Source: Burkholderiales bacterium (GTDB lineage: Bacteria > Pseudomonadota > Gammaproteobacteria > Burkholderiales > Usitatibacteraceae). From it: DNA of 64,000 nucleotides. Within the stretch, counting starts at the first letter, position 1. Every line of letters begins with the position of its first letter. The stretch is taken from NCBI GenBank assembly GCA_031414695.1, contig JANNWG010000030.1, positions 20,130 to 84,129 of the forward strand. Reading direction: 5' to 3'. Under the pieces are notes generated by a model, which saw nothing but the letters and a program-made list of their open reading frames with translations, was not told the DNA's origin and searched no databases. Shown in pieces: positions 45,769 to 55,460 of this stretch. A program made the position numbers and the translations under genes.

Positions 45769-46584
45769 CTACAGTTTTACGTGCGCAACTAAATTTTTGT
45801 ACGTAAACACATAGCTCGATTTTGCTTCTGGCTTATGACACGCTAAACATTCAGCTTGATTTGGCCCAGTCAATAAATTGAAGTCTTTTGAGTACAACGC
45901 GTAGTTCCAATTTTCATTGCGGAGCAACTCTGGAAATGCGTCTCCCCATCCGGCGGCCCTTGCCATGGTGCTGTACACAAGTAGCTTATCGGCAATAAAA
46001 AAACCATCCTCGCCTACGATAGGTTTTTTATCAGCATCGAGCTTAACCGAAAAAACTTCCGCGATGATTGTGGCGCCGTCTGGTAATGGCTTGCCAGCTT
46101 TAGTTGCGGCGATGGCAACATCATTTGCGTAATACACCTTGAGCTGTCGCTCAGCGGGCAAATTAAGCGTGTGATAGCGAGTGTAGCGCGTTTTGAAATC
46201 GCTAGGCAGGGCAACATTGGTCTTGATAAAGTTGGGCTGAAAAGAAGCGACTTTGCTGGCAGCTGAAGACGTAGGTGCAGCTGCATTTGGTAATGAAGAA
46301 AAATGCGTCGCTAACAAGTTGATTTGTGTGGTTGAAAGTTGCGAGGCAATTGCTTGCATAGACTCGTTCTTGCGGCTGCCTGTCTTAAATTGACGTAGTT
46401 GAGTCGCCAAATAGTTGGCACGCTGTCCCGCAAGATTCGGTATGTGTCCTGCTACGCTGATGCCATTTTCACCGTGGCAAGCAATGCAGACCGTTGATGC
46501 AAGTGTTTGACCATTATCTGGCTCAGTGCTGATGGCATTTGCGCTAACGAATAAAAATAAGAATAAGCATATTTTTTTTGGCAT
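45769..46584 (-). CDS. periplasmic class-I cytochrome c fused to a cytochrome P460-like domain
   Basis: Signal peptide. N-terminal CIACHG heme site with a downstream Met region. The C-terminal part has the P460-family pattern (PLPDGATIIAEV, GWGDAF, NWNYALY, ECLACHKP). Confidence 0.65.
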   Translation of the reverse strand: MPKKICLFLFLFVSANAISTEPDNGQTLASTVCIACHGENGISVAGHIPNLAGQRANYLATQLRQFKTGSRKNESMQAIASQLSTTQINLLATHFSSLPNAAAPTSSAASKVASFQPNFIKTNVALPSDFKTRYTRYHTLNLPAERQLKVYYANDVAIAATKAGKPLPDGATIIAEVFSVKLDADKKPIVGEDGFFIADKLLVYSTMARAAGWGDAFPELLRNENWNYALYSKDFNLLTGPNQAECLACHKPEAKSSYVFTYKNLVAHVKL

Positions 46585-46927
46585 GTGTTTTCCTCAGATG
46601 AGATTTTAGTTTGCACATCAGCAAACATCAGCCATTGAATATAGCGATTAAGCCGCAAAGCTTTGTAGCAAGTTGTGGCGACGCCAATTTGTCTGCATTG
46701 ATAGCGCTAAACATTTGCGTATCGACTTTCCGATGTTAATCAATACATGTTGCACGACAGCAACAGATGAGGTTGATTTGTGCATTTTTTTGGATCGGTA
46801 TCTCATTTTTGATTGTGATGAATATGCTTCTTTTAAATTATTCGACTATTTTTGTGTGTGCTTTGTAATTAACTAGGTCGGATTTTATGTCGCACTCATC
46901 TTGTATGTAAGGTATGAAAATTCAACT

Positions 46928-46984
46928 ATAAATTGGTGCAACAAGTCGCTGCTGGTTAACTCATGATTCTCATCTCGAACTAGT
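46928..46984 (+). promoter_or_regulatory. conserved upstream element shared with 55305..55362 (putative promoter/operator of the TBDR unit)
   Basis: 32 of the first 42 positions are identical to the TBDR3 upstream region in an ungapped hand alignment. Contains TTGGTG-N17-TTAACT. Confidence 0.5.
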
Positions 46985-47016
46985 CTTCTATTCGCCACTA
47001 ATTGATGAGGAATATC

Positions 47017-49986
47017 ATGAAAACAAGAACCAAACAGCGTGATCTCAATTCGCTAAAAAGAATCGGTACAGGATGTTTAACTATCTCTGTACTTGCGGTA
47101 CAAGCAGCCCTTGCGCAACAGACAGCAACTTCAGCTGAAAAAGTTGAAGCATCACAAAAAGTTGATCGAATAGAAGTCACAGGCTCGCGCATTCCTTCAC
47201 CAAATCTTGAAGGTGCTAGCCCTGTGACAGTGATTGATGCCCAAACGATTAAGACTGATGGCGTTCGCTCAGTCGAAAATTTACTCAATAACTTACCGCA
47301 AGTGTTCGCCGATCAGGGTGGCAGTATTTCAAATGGCTCTACCGGCACAGCAACAGTAAACCTGCGTGGACTAGGGCCCACCAGAACCCTCGTACTAGTG
47401 AATGGACGCCGTCTGCCTGGTGGTAGCCCAAGAGCAGGCACCGCAAGTGCGGCATCGGATTTAAACCAAGTACCTGCACCACTGATTAAACGTATTGAAG
47501 TGTTGACTGGCGGCGGTGGCGCAGTTTATGGGTCTGACGCGGTGGCTGGTGTGGTTAATTTCATCATGAACAATAAATTTGAAGGTGTTCAGATTGAATT
47601 TAACCAAAGCTTTTATAACCATAAACAGCAAAATCAAAATGGTGTCGCTGATTTAATACGTAGTCGTGCGGTAACCAACCCTTCACAATTCAGTGTGCCA
47701 GGGGACGCCTCAGCGGACGGCAAAATTTTTGACGCTAATATTTTATTGGGCTCAAATTTTGCGAATGGTAAGGGCAATGCAACGGTATTTTTTAGCTATA
47801 AAAAAGAAGATGCGCTATTGCAATCAGCGCGTGACTTTAGTTCTTGTGCGTTAGGATCGACCAACACCACATTTACCTGCAGCGGATCAAGCACAGCAAA
47901 TCCTGCGCGTGTTTTGATACTCTCAACTGGTGCGAGTCGTGTTGTCACTAATGCCGCTGGGAATACCCGTGCCTTTAATGGTGCAACGGATCAGTTTAAT
48001 TTTGCGCCGCTTAATTTGTACCAGCGTCCCTCTGAGCGTTACGGTTTTAACGCTTCAGTCAATTATGATTTGAACGATAAAACCAATCTGTACTCTGAAT
48101 TTTCATTTCATGATGATCGTACCATTGCACAAATAGCACCTAGTGGATTGTTTTTCGGCAATCGTACTTTCAACATCAATTTTGAAAACCCATTGCTCTC
48201 TGCGGATTGGCGTCGTGACTTAGGTTTAGTCCGTGCGGGTGATAGCGCAGCCACTTTTGTTGGTCGCCGCAATACCGAAGGCGGCGGGCGACAAGATGAT
48301 ATTCGTCACACTTCATTTAGAAGCGTGCTCGGTGTGAAGGGCGAATTTGCCAAGATTTGGAATTACGATTTGTCGATGCAAACCGGACGCGTGATTTATC
48401 AAGAAACGTATAAAAATGAATTTTCATTTGCGCGTGCTGCCAATGCGCTTGATGTCGTGGTGGGGCCAGGTGGCGTGCCAACGTGTCGATCCGTTATTAA
48501 CGGCACTGACCCAAACTGTGTGCCGTATAACTTTTGGGTTGCCGGTGGCGTTACTCCTGCGGCGCTTCGATACATTCAAACACCAGGGTTTCAATCAGGC
48601 GAGACTGCACAAACGATTGCGAGTGCAAATATTTCAGCAGACCTAGGTGAGTACGGCTGGAAATTGCCGACAGCAAAAAATGGGGTGGGCTTTTCAGCTG
48701 GCCTTGAACAGCGTACTGAAAAATTAGGCTTAAGTAATGATGTTGCATTTCAGACGGGCGACCTTGCAGGACAAGGCGGGCCAACGCTTGATACTAGCGG
48801 CAAATACACGGTGAAAGAAGTGTTTATGGAGCTACGCGCACCACTCATTGAAGGTGCGTCATTTGCGCATTTGCTCAGTATCAATGGCAGCTATCGCCGC
48901 TCTGACTACAGCATCAATCAAAAGACTGACTCATATGGTTTTGGCATTGAGTGGGCGCCGGTGCAAGCGCTACGTTTGCGTGGCTCATACCAGCAGGCTG
49001 CACGTGCCGCCAATATCCATGAATTGTTTGATCAGCAATCGATTGGCCTCTATAACAATAGCTCAGACCCATGTGCAGGTGCGGCACCTACAGCAACGCT
49101 CGCGCAGTGCCAGCGCACCGGAGTAACGAGCGCGCAATACGGCAGAATCATTGATAGTCCCGCAGGTCAATACAATGCACTTAATGGTGGCAACACCAAC
49201 TTGCGACCTGAAGTATCAAAGAGCTACACGCTAGGTTTCGTATTTGAGCCACTTAAAAATCTTAATGCCACCATTGATTTTTTCAACATCAAGTTAGACG
49301 ATGCTATATCCACATTGCCATCTCCTATCGTGTTGCAGCAATGTCTAGCCAGCGGTGCATTTTGTAATCTCATCACCCGCGACAGCATTGGCTCTCTCTG
49401 GGCGCAGCAAAGCGCTTTTATTGTTGCGACGAATCAGAACATCGCGCGCGTAACAACCGCAGGTGTTGATGTAGGTGTGAATTACACACATAAATTACCA
49501 GGCTATGGCTCACTTGCAATCAATCTCAACGGTACGTATCTAACCAAAAATGAGAGTGAGCCGATCCCCGGCACAAGCTATGACTGCGTTGGGCTGCACG
49601 GCACGGTATGTGGCGTGTCTTCCCCAAAATGGCGTCATAAATTTCGCACATCATGGATGACGCCGTGGAATCTGGATTTGGCTCTCACATGGCGCTACAT
49701 TGATAAGGTGAATTTTGAAGGCACAGACGCAAACCCAAGCTTAAATGCGCCGACCAACAACATTGACCGTGAATTAGGCAAGCGTAATTACTTCGACCTA
49801 GCCGCATCGTGGAGTTTCAACAAAAACCTTACGTTACGTGGTGGCATCAACAACCTGTTGGATAAAGACCCGCCGATTGTAAATTCAACAACGCTGGCCG
49901 CCTCACTAGGCAATGGCAACACCTATCCACAGGTGTATGACACGTTAGGTCGCCGTGTGTTTTTCAACGCAACCTATAAATTTTAA
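47017..49986 (+). CDS. TonB-dependent receptor 1
   Basis: Signal peptide. Plug motifs (IEVTGSRIP, NLRGLGPTRTLVLVNGRR, GGGAVYGSDAVAGVVNFI). Long beta-barrel ending in the terminal ...NATYKF. GAGGAA RBS before ATG 47017. Confidence 0.9.
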   Translation: MKTRTKQRDLNSLKRIGTGCLTISVLAVQAALAQQTATSAEKVEASQKVDRIEVTGSRIPSPNLEGASPVTVIDAQTIKTDGVRSVENLLNNLPQVFADQGGSISNGSTGTATVNLRGLGPTRTLVLVNGRRLPGGSPRAGTASAASDLNQVPAPLIKRIEVLTGGGGAVYGSDAVAGVVNFIMNNKFEGVQIEFNQSFYNHKQQNQNGVADLIRSRAVTNPSQFSVPGDASADGKIFDANILLGSNFANGKGNATVFFSYKKEDALLQSARDFSSCALGSTNTTFTCSGSSTANPARVLILSTGASRVVTNAAGNTRAFNGATDQFNFAPLNLYQRPSERYGFNASVNYDLNDKTNLYSEFSFHDDRTIAQIAPSGLFFGNRTFNINFENPLLSADWRRDLGLVRAGDSAATFVGRRNTEGGGRQDDIRHTSFRSVLGVKGEFAKIWNYDLSMQTGRVIYQETYKNEFSFARAANALDVVVGPGGVPTCRSVINGTDPNCVPYNFWVAGGVTPAALRYIQTPGFQSGETAQTIASANISADLGEYGWKLPTAKNGVGFSAGLEQRTEKLGLSNDVAFQTGDLAGQGGPTLDTSGKYTVKEVFMELRAPLIEGASFAHLLSINGSYRRSDYSINQKTDSYGFGIEWAPVQALRLRGSYQQAARAANIHELFDQQSIGLYNNSSDPCAGAAPTATLAQCQRTGVTSAQYGRIIDSPAGQYNALNGGNTNLRPEVSKSYTLGFVFEPLKNLNATIDFFNIKLDDAISTLPSPIVLQQCLASGAFCNLITRDSIGSLWAQQSAFIVATNQNIARVTTAGVDVGVNYTHKLPGYGSLAINLNGTYLTKNESEPIPGTSYDCVGLHGTVCGVSSPKWRHKFRTSWMTPWNLDLALTWRYIDKVNFEGTDANPSLNAPTNNIDRELGKRNYFDLAASWSFNKNLTLRGGINNLLDKDPPIVNSTTLAASLGNGNTYPQVYDTLGRRVFFNATYKF

Positions 49987-50017
49987 ATTTTTAACTTTAT
50001 CAACCATTGTAATGATG

Positions 50018-50044
50018 CGCCAATGATGTCAATCATCGTTGGCG
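50018..50044 (+). terminator. hairpin after TBDR1 (weak terminator)
   Basis: CGCCAATGATG-TCAAT-CATCGTTGGCG with a poor T tract (ATATTTCTT). Confidence 0.35.
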
Positions 50045-50074
50045 ATATTTCTTAATTAGTAATGAGGACTAAAA

Positions 50075-52831
50075 ATGCAAATGAAAAAAAAGCAGCTTAC
50101 GCTTGCAATCGCATTGATGCTAACTGGAACAGTCGGCAATTTACTCTTTAGTGAAACAGTGTGGGCGCAGCAGCCTGTCGTGTTGCCTAAAGCTGAAAAA
50201 ATTGAAGTTACCGGATCAAACATCAAACGCGTGGACTCTGAAACACCAGCGCTGGTGCAAATTATTACCCGTGAGGAAATTGAGAAAAGTGGTGCCAGTA
50301 CAGTGGCTGAACTACTAAGGTCAGTGCCTGCAATATCGAGCGGCGCATTACAAGACTTTAATACTGGGAGTGGTTTTTCACCCGCTGTACAGTCAGCCTC
50401 ACTGCGCGGACTTGGTTCTGTCGGCACATTAGTATTACTCAATGGCCGTCGCGTTGCGCCTTCGCCAACTGCTGACCCTAATACGGGCCAAGGTTCTGCG
50501 TTTAACTTAAATACGATTCCATTTAATGCCATTGAGCGCATTGAAATATTGAAAGATGGCGCATCTGCTATTTATGGCTCAGATGCGATTGCAGGCGTGA
50601 TTAACTTTATCTTACGCAAAGACTATATCGGTGCTGAAGCACGTATTAGTGGGCAGAGCACGTCAGATAATACGTTTAAGAATTATTCAGTTAGCGGCAC
50701 AGTTGGATTCGGTGATTTAGCAAAGGATCGCTACAACGTACTAATAAGCGGTGAATATTTTTCACGCGAAGCCGTCACATTTGATGAGCCCAACGGTGTG
50801 CTTAATGATGACTACCGTCGTTTGGCAAATCGTAATGCACCGAATATATCTTCATTTACACAGATTCCTAATTTTTTTAGAGAAGCGACATTGGGTAATG
50901 GCGTGTTCCTAACCGCGCTGCCGACTGATCCAAGATGCCCAGCGGCACAGGTGATTAGTCCAAATGCAGGATGTCGTACGAATCTGTTTGGCTTTCAGCA
51001 AATTCAAGGTAAATCTGAGCGCCTTGGCGGACTGGTAAAAGTGACGCGTGATTTTTCTGGAACCATGCAAGGAACAGCGGAATTCAGTTTTACGCGCGCC
51101 ATTAATAATTTTGACAGCTCACCGCAGGCACTCGACGGGACTGTAAATGGCAGCATTTGGTTTAATCGCGCAGGACAGCGATTCCAGTATCAGTTGCGTT
51201 TGCCGGTCGGGCATCCTGATAACCCTACCACTGTGCCAGTGGCCCTACGTTATCGATTCGTTGATCTTGGTATCTCCAAACAAGAAACAACTAATGATGC
51301 TTATCGCGGCTTGATAGGATTATCAGGAACGTTTAGCAATTGGGATTTGGAAGCCGCTTTACTCTATAGCAAAACTGAGCGAAAAGATGTGGCAAATGGG
51401 CAACTCTCATTGCCGGCGTTGCTGAGTGCAATTAATAATCGTACTTATCGTTTTGGTGGCGTGAACTCACCAGCGGTGCTTGCCACGTTAGCGCCAAACC
51501 GTACCAGTAATGGCGCAACAGATTTGACCAGTATTGATTTAAAAGGCTCGCGCGAATTATTTAATTTGGCCGGTGGGCCAGCCATTATTGCGGCGGGTGT
51601 TGAATTTAGACGTGAGTCGTTTGATATTACCTCTGACCCTGGGCAAGTCGCAGGAGATTTTATTGGCATTGCATCTACAACTGTAGGCGCGTCAAGAACC
51701 GTGAAATCGTTATTTGCAGAATTATCCGCGCCAATTCTAAAGAGTGTCGAGACGCAGTTTGCGTTGCGTATTGATAACTATAGTGATTATGCAACCTCAA
51801 CAACACCCAAAATTGGCGTGAAATGGAAGGCACTAACGTCATTAGCCTTCCGCGCTAATTACGCGGAAGCATTTCGTGCACCGTCATTGACACAAACTTC
51901 AAATTCGCGTGTGCAGTCATTTAGTACCGTCACTGACCCAGTACGCTGTCCAAATGGCACTACGCCACTACCTGGTGGGCAGTTGACGGACTGTACGGGT
52001 ATTACGGTGGCGAGTATTTTTCTGCCATCGACTGATTTGGAGCCTGAGCGTTCCAAGAGTTGGACTATTGGATTTATCTATTCACCGATGAATAATGTAT
52101 CGCTACAAGCTGATATGTTTGAAATCAGAAGACGTGATCAGATTGATCGACTCAGCGCACAGCAAGTGGTGATCAATGAGTTTGTGCCTAACTATATTGG
52201 TGGCTCAGTAGTGAGGAACGCTAATCCCGCAACCTTTATTCCAGGCGTGCCCAATTCAGGTCCGCTAGAAAGCACCACAAGACGCTTTCTGAATTTAGGC
52301 GAAACACGTGTCAAGGGTGTGGATGTGCAGCTTGATGCATCTACAACGCTCGGTGGCGGACGTCTATCGTTTAATACCATTGCGACATGGACGATTCGTT
52401 ACGACTACCAGCTTAATAAAGGCGGTTCTTTCGTCAATAATGCTGGTAATTTTTTCATCAACGAAGTGCCACGTTTACGCGGCAATGCCACGCTTAACTA
52501 TGCCAAAGGTGACTGGTCTGGCTTTGTGCGCGGCAACTACACATCTGGTTGGGACTATGGTGATCCAACAGTGCCTAACCAATGCTACTTAGCACCAACT
52601 TCGCCAACGCTTGCCTATCTTGGTCGTTGCCAGGTGGATTCATTAACCACCATTGACGTCGGCGCTAGTTATCGCGGCATTAAAAATTTAAGCGTCTCGT
52701 TATTGGTGCGCAATATTGAAAATCGTAAAGCCCCGTACGACCCTAATCAAACAACACTTGGGTTTAATCCTACCTTTCATAATCCATTTGGTAGCAACAT
52801 CAATCTAAGCGCTAATTATCGTTTTAAGTAA
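50075..52831 (+). CDS. TonB-dependent receptor 2
   Basis: Signal peptide. IEVTGSNIKR, SLRGLGSVGTLVLLNGRR and SAIYGSDAIAGVINFI. Terminal ...NYRFK. Confidence 0.9.
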   Translation: MQMKKKQLTLAIALMLTGTVGNLLFSETVWAQQPVVLPKAEKIEVTGSNIKRVDSETPALVQIITREEIEKSGASTVAELLRSVPAISSGALQDFNTGSGFSPAVQSASLRGLGSVGTLVLLNGRRVAPSPTADPNTGQGSAFNLNTIPFNAIERIEILKDGASAIYGSDAIAGVINFILRKDYIGAEARISGQSTSDNTFKNYSVSGTVGFGDLAKDRYNVLISGEYFSREAVTFDEPNGVLNDDYRRLANRNAPNISSFTQIPNFFREATLGNGVFLTALPTDPRCPAAQVISPNAGCRTNLFGFQQIQGKSERLGGLVKVTRDFSGTMQGTAEFSFTRAINNFDSSPQALDGTVNGSIWFNRAGQRFQYQLRLPVGHPDNPTTVPVALRYRFVDLGISKQETTNDAYRGLIGLSGTFSNWDLEAALLYSKTERKDVANGQLSLPALLSAINNRTYRFGGVNSPAVLATLAPNRTSNGATDLTSIDLKGSRELFNLAGGPAIIAAGVEFRRESFDITSDPGQVAGDFIGIASTTVGASRTVKSLFAELSAPILKSVETQFALRIDNYSDYATSTTPKIGVKWKALTSLAFRANYAEAFRAPSLTQTSNSRVQSFSTVTDPVRCPNGTTPLPGGQLTDCTGITVASIFLPSTDLEPERSKSWTIGFIYSPMNNVSLQADMFEIRRRDQIDRLSAQQVVINEFVPNYIGGSVVRNANPATFIPGVPNSGPLESTTRRFLNLGETRVKGVDVQLDASTTLGGGRLSFNTIATWTIRYDYQLNKGGSFVNNAGNFFINEVPRLRGNATLNYAKGDWSGFVRGNYTSGWDYGDPTVPNQCYLAPTSPTLAYLGRCQVDSLTTIDVGASYRGIKNLSVSLLVRNIENRKAPYDPNQTTLGFNPTFHNPFGSNINLSANYRFK

Positions 52832-52853
52832 ACTTCTGATATTGCAGGATTCG

Positions 52854-52884
52854 AATGGGAGCGGTTGCTCCCATTTGTGTTTTT
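52854..52884 (+). terminator. rho-independent terminator after TBDR2
   Basis: AATGGGAGC-GGTT-GCTCCCATT followed by TGTGTTTTT. Confidence 0.7.
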
Positions 52885-52915
52885 AACGACGCATCAATAA
52901 ATGGATTAGATTGCA

Positions 52916-54280
52916 ATGAAAAAACTATTCTTAAAGCTTTGGTTTTTGGTGCTGCTGACATTATTTATTTCATATCAGCTACAAATCACTGTGCATGAGA
53001 AATGGCGGGTTGATAGTCGGCCGCTCATGGGTAGTGACGAGCGTGCTCGTCGTATGATGGTACTAGTTGAAGAAGTGCTAGCAAAATACCCTGAGTCTGA
53101 ATGGAGCGCGCAAGTTGAAAGGCTGAAGTCGCGCGTCGGCTCGCCAGAAATTTGGTTAGGCATTACGAATCTAATTGATTTGCGCCAACTTGAAATGGAG
53201 CCACGCTTAACGCGCGACAACATTGAAAAAATATATGCAGGCGAATATCAGTCTGTTGTTTTCACCGACTCTAAGGGCTTTGATATTTTTCAGAGAATTA
53301 AAAACTCACAGTCAGTGTTAGTGCTGAGTGGGCCGACCGAGCTTCGCTGGCCAGTATTGGTGCTAGGCATATTTAATCCTACGCATGTGTCGTGGTTTAT
53401 TGAGTCTAGTGTTTTTGCATTGGGTATTTTTTTGTGGTTAAGGCTATTCCGAAATGATTTGGTTGCGCTAGAAGCGGGTGCTATGCGTGTTGGTAGCGGG
53501 CACTTTAATACGCATATACAAATGAAACATCACTCCGCATTATTTCCGTTAGCCGATGCGTTTAATCAAATGACTTCGCGTGTCAGTAAGCTCATGAGTT
53601 CGCATAAGCTCTTGACTAATTCAGTCTCTCACGAGTTACGTACGCCCATCATGCGACTGCGTTTTCGACATTTGTTGGCGATGGAAGAGGTGTCGCTCGC
53701 TGGTAAAGACCGCGAATTAATTGCGATGGAGTCTGCCATTGATGAGCTAGATGAGCTATCTACAGAGCTACTTGAATACGCCAAGCTTGATCGTGGTGAG
53801 CCTAATTTTGTGCCATCGTTTATTGATGTAGATGCATGGTTACTTGAGTTAGTTAAAGACGGAAAACAGGTTGTTGCCGAAAACGGTCGCGAAATTATTA
53901 TCACCACTGAGATGAAGACTGGGCAAATTGAAGGCGACTATCGATACTTGACACGTGCGGCAGCTAACCTCATTAGAAACGCGGTGCGTTACACCAAATC
54001 GCAAATCGTTATTACGGTAGCTAAGGCTGACGATCAATATGTGCTCACGGTAGATGATGATGGTGAAGGCGTACCGATTACTGAACGCGAGCGACTGTTT
54101 GAACCATTCACTAGGCTTGATCGTAGCCGTGATCGCACTACAGGAGGCTTTGGCATAGGCTTGGCGATTGTGAAGCAGGTAGCACAGCTGCATCGCGGTG
54201 AAGCAACGATAGACACAGCAACTATTGGTGGTGCGCGTTTCAAAATAGTGTGGGCAACTGAATCCAGTGCAACCAAATGA
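52916..54280 (+). CDS. sensor histidine kinase 1 (two TM helices, periplasmic loop, HAMP, HisKA, HATPase)
   Basis: H-box SHELRTPIMRLRF, N-box NLIRNAVRYT, G-boxes DDDGEGVP and GGFGIGLAIVK. Confidence 0.85.
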   Translation: MKKLFLKLWFLVLLTLFISYQLQITVHEKWRVDSRPLMGSDERARRMMVLVEEVLAKYPESEWSAQVERLKSRVGSPEIWLGITNLIDLRQLEMEPRLTRDNIEKIYAGEYQSVVFTDSKGFDIFQRIKNSQSVLVLSGPTELRWPVLVLGIFNPTHVSWFIESSVFALGIFLWLRLFRNDLVALEAGAMRVGSGHFNTHIQMKHHSALFPLADAFNQMTSRVSKLMSSHKLLTNSVSHELRTPIMRLRFRHLLAMEEVSLAGKDRELIAMESAIDELDELSTELLEYAKLDRGEPNFVPSFIDVDAWLLELVKDGKQVVAENGREIIITTEMKTGQIEGDYRYLTRAAANLIRNAVRYTKSQIVITVAKADDQYVLTVDDDGEGVPITERERLFEPFTRLDRSRDRTTGGFGIGLAIVKQVAQLHRGEATIDTATIGGARFKIVWATESSATK

Positions 54281-54357
54281 CACGTATTGATTTTTAAGTT
54301 ACAAATTACTGCGTGCCGCACTAATTTGCCATTGTTGACTAATTTTTGGAGTGCCAT

Positions 54358-55095
54358 GTGATTACTGAAACAAGCAGTCAAACTTTGTCGCCAACCAATA
54401 ACCATTTACTCATCGTAGAAGATGATCTTGCATTAAGTAGCGCGATGAGCGACTACTTGAAAAAAAATGGCATTGGGATAAGCTGTGAATCACGCGGCGA
54501 TCTTGCGCTAGAGCGTATTACCGCGTTACAACCCAATGCGGTAATACTCGATGTGATGCTGCCAGGTAAAGATGGCTTTGATATTTGTCGTGAGTTAAGA
54601 GCCAAAGGTAATAATGTCCCAGTGCTTATGCTGACTTCACGTGAAGATGAATTTGATCAAGTGCTTGGGCTTGAATTAGGTGCGGATGATTATTTGGTGA
54701 AGCCCGCACATCCTAGAGTATTGTTGGCACGCGTTAAGGCACTCATGCGTCGCGCACATAGTATTGTGGACGATGTAAATGAAGTGGCGGTTTTAGAGTT
54801 CGGTCGGCTCAAAATTCACGGTATCAACCGCGAAGTGATGCTCGGTGAAAATCGTATTGACCTAACGCCAGCTGAGTTTGAGTTGCTATGGTTGCTTGCC
54901 AGCAATGCGGGCAAGGTGATGCATCGTAACGACATACTTAAATCACTTCGCGGCCTAAACAATAGCACTGGTGATAGATCAGTTGACGCACGTTTGTATC
55001 GACTCAGACGTCGTTTCAGCGAAGACCGGGATTTAGTCTGGCAAATTAAAACAGTACGACCGCATGGCTACATGTTTTGTTTAGAGCCTTGGTAG
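54358..55095 (+). CDS. OmpR-family response regulator 1
   Basis: Receiver domain (LLIVEDD, ILDVMLPGKDG, phospho-Asp context) and winged-helix output. GGAG lies 6 nt before GTG 54358. The listed ORF starts at TTG 54346. Confidence 0.85.
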   Translation: MITETSSQTLSPTNNHLLIVEDDLALSSAMSDYLKKNGIGISCESRGDLALERITALQPNAVILDVMLPGKDGFDICRELRAKGNNVPVLMLTSREDEFDQVLGLELGADDYLVKPAHPRVLLARVKALMRRAHSIVDDVNEVAVLEFGRLKIHGINREVMLGENRIDLTPAEFELLWLLASNAGKVMHRNDILKSLRGLNNSTGDRSVDARLYRLRRRFSEDRDLVWQIKTVRPHGYMFCLEPW

Positions 55096-55304
55096 CCACG
55101 CTGGCAATTTTATTGGTGACAAAACTGTTGCGACTAAGCAACAGCACGATCCTATATGTATTTTTTTAGTGCATTCAATTTGTCAAATGCACACTTGAAT
55201 ATTATTTTTAATCATTTTGACGGGCTAAATATGATTGATTATTTAATCATGTAACAAAAATGATTGTATTTTTTTGATTCACGCGTTTCAGTGAAATGTT
55301 CAGT

Positions 55305-55362
55305 ACAAATAGGTGCAAATGGTCGCTTTAAGTTAATTCATGATTCGCTATGTTGAATCAGT
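55305..55362 (+). promoter_or_regulatory. conserved upstream element, second copy (upstream of TBDR3)
   Basis: ACAAATAGGTGCAAATGGTCGCTTTAAGTTAATTCATGATTC... See 46928..46984. Confidence 0.5.
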
Positions 55363-55460
55363 AACTAACTTGTAGCCATTTGATGGGATAAATACATTGC
55401 GTATCGCTTTGTGTTGTTCTGACAATGGTTGCAGACTTTGCCACCCAGTACAGGACATAT

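Noticed and set aside
46585-47016. Riboswitch (cobalamin/TPP-type) in the 430-nt leader of TBDR1
   Set aside because: The region is AT-rich with no recognisable B12-box or conserved riboswitch core that I can identify by eye. The only conserved part is the promoter-like element shared with TBDR3.
55225-55260. Fur box upstream of TBDR3 (AATATGATTGATTATTTAATCAT); also TGATTGTGATGAATATGC near 46810
   Set aside because: Only about half of the positions match the GATAATGATAATCATTATC consensus, in a generally AT-rich background. This is not enough to call.
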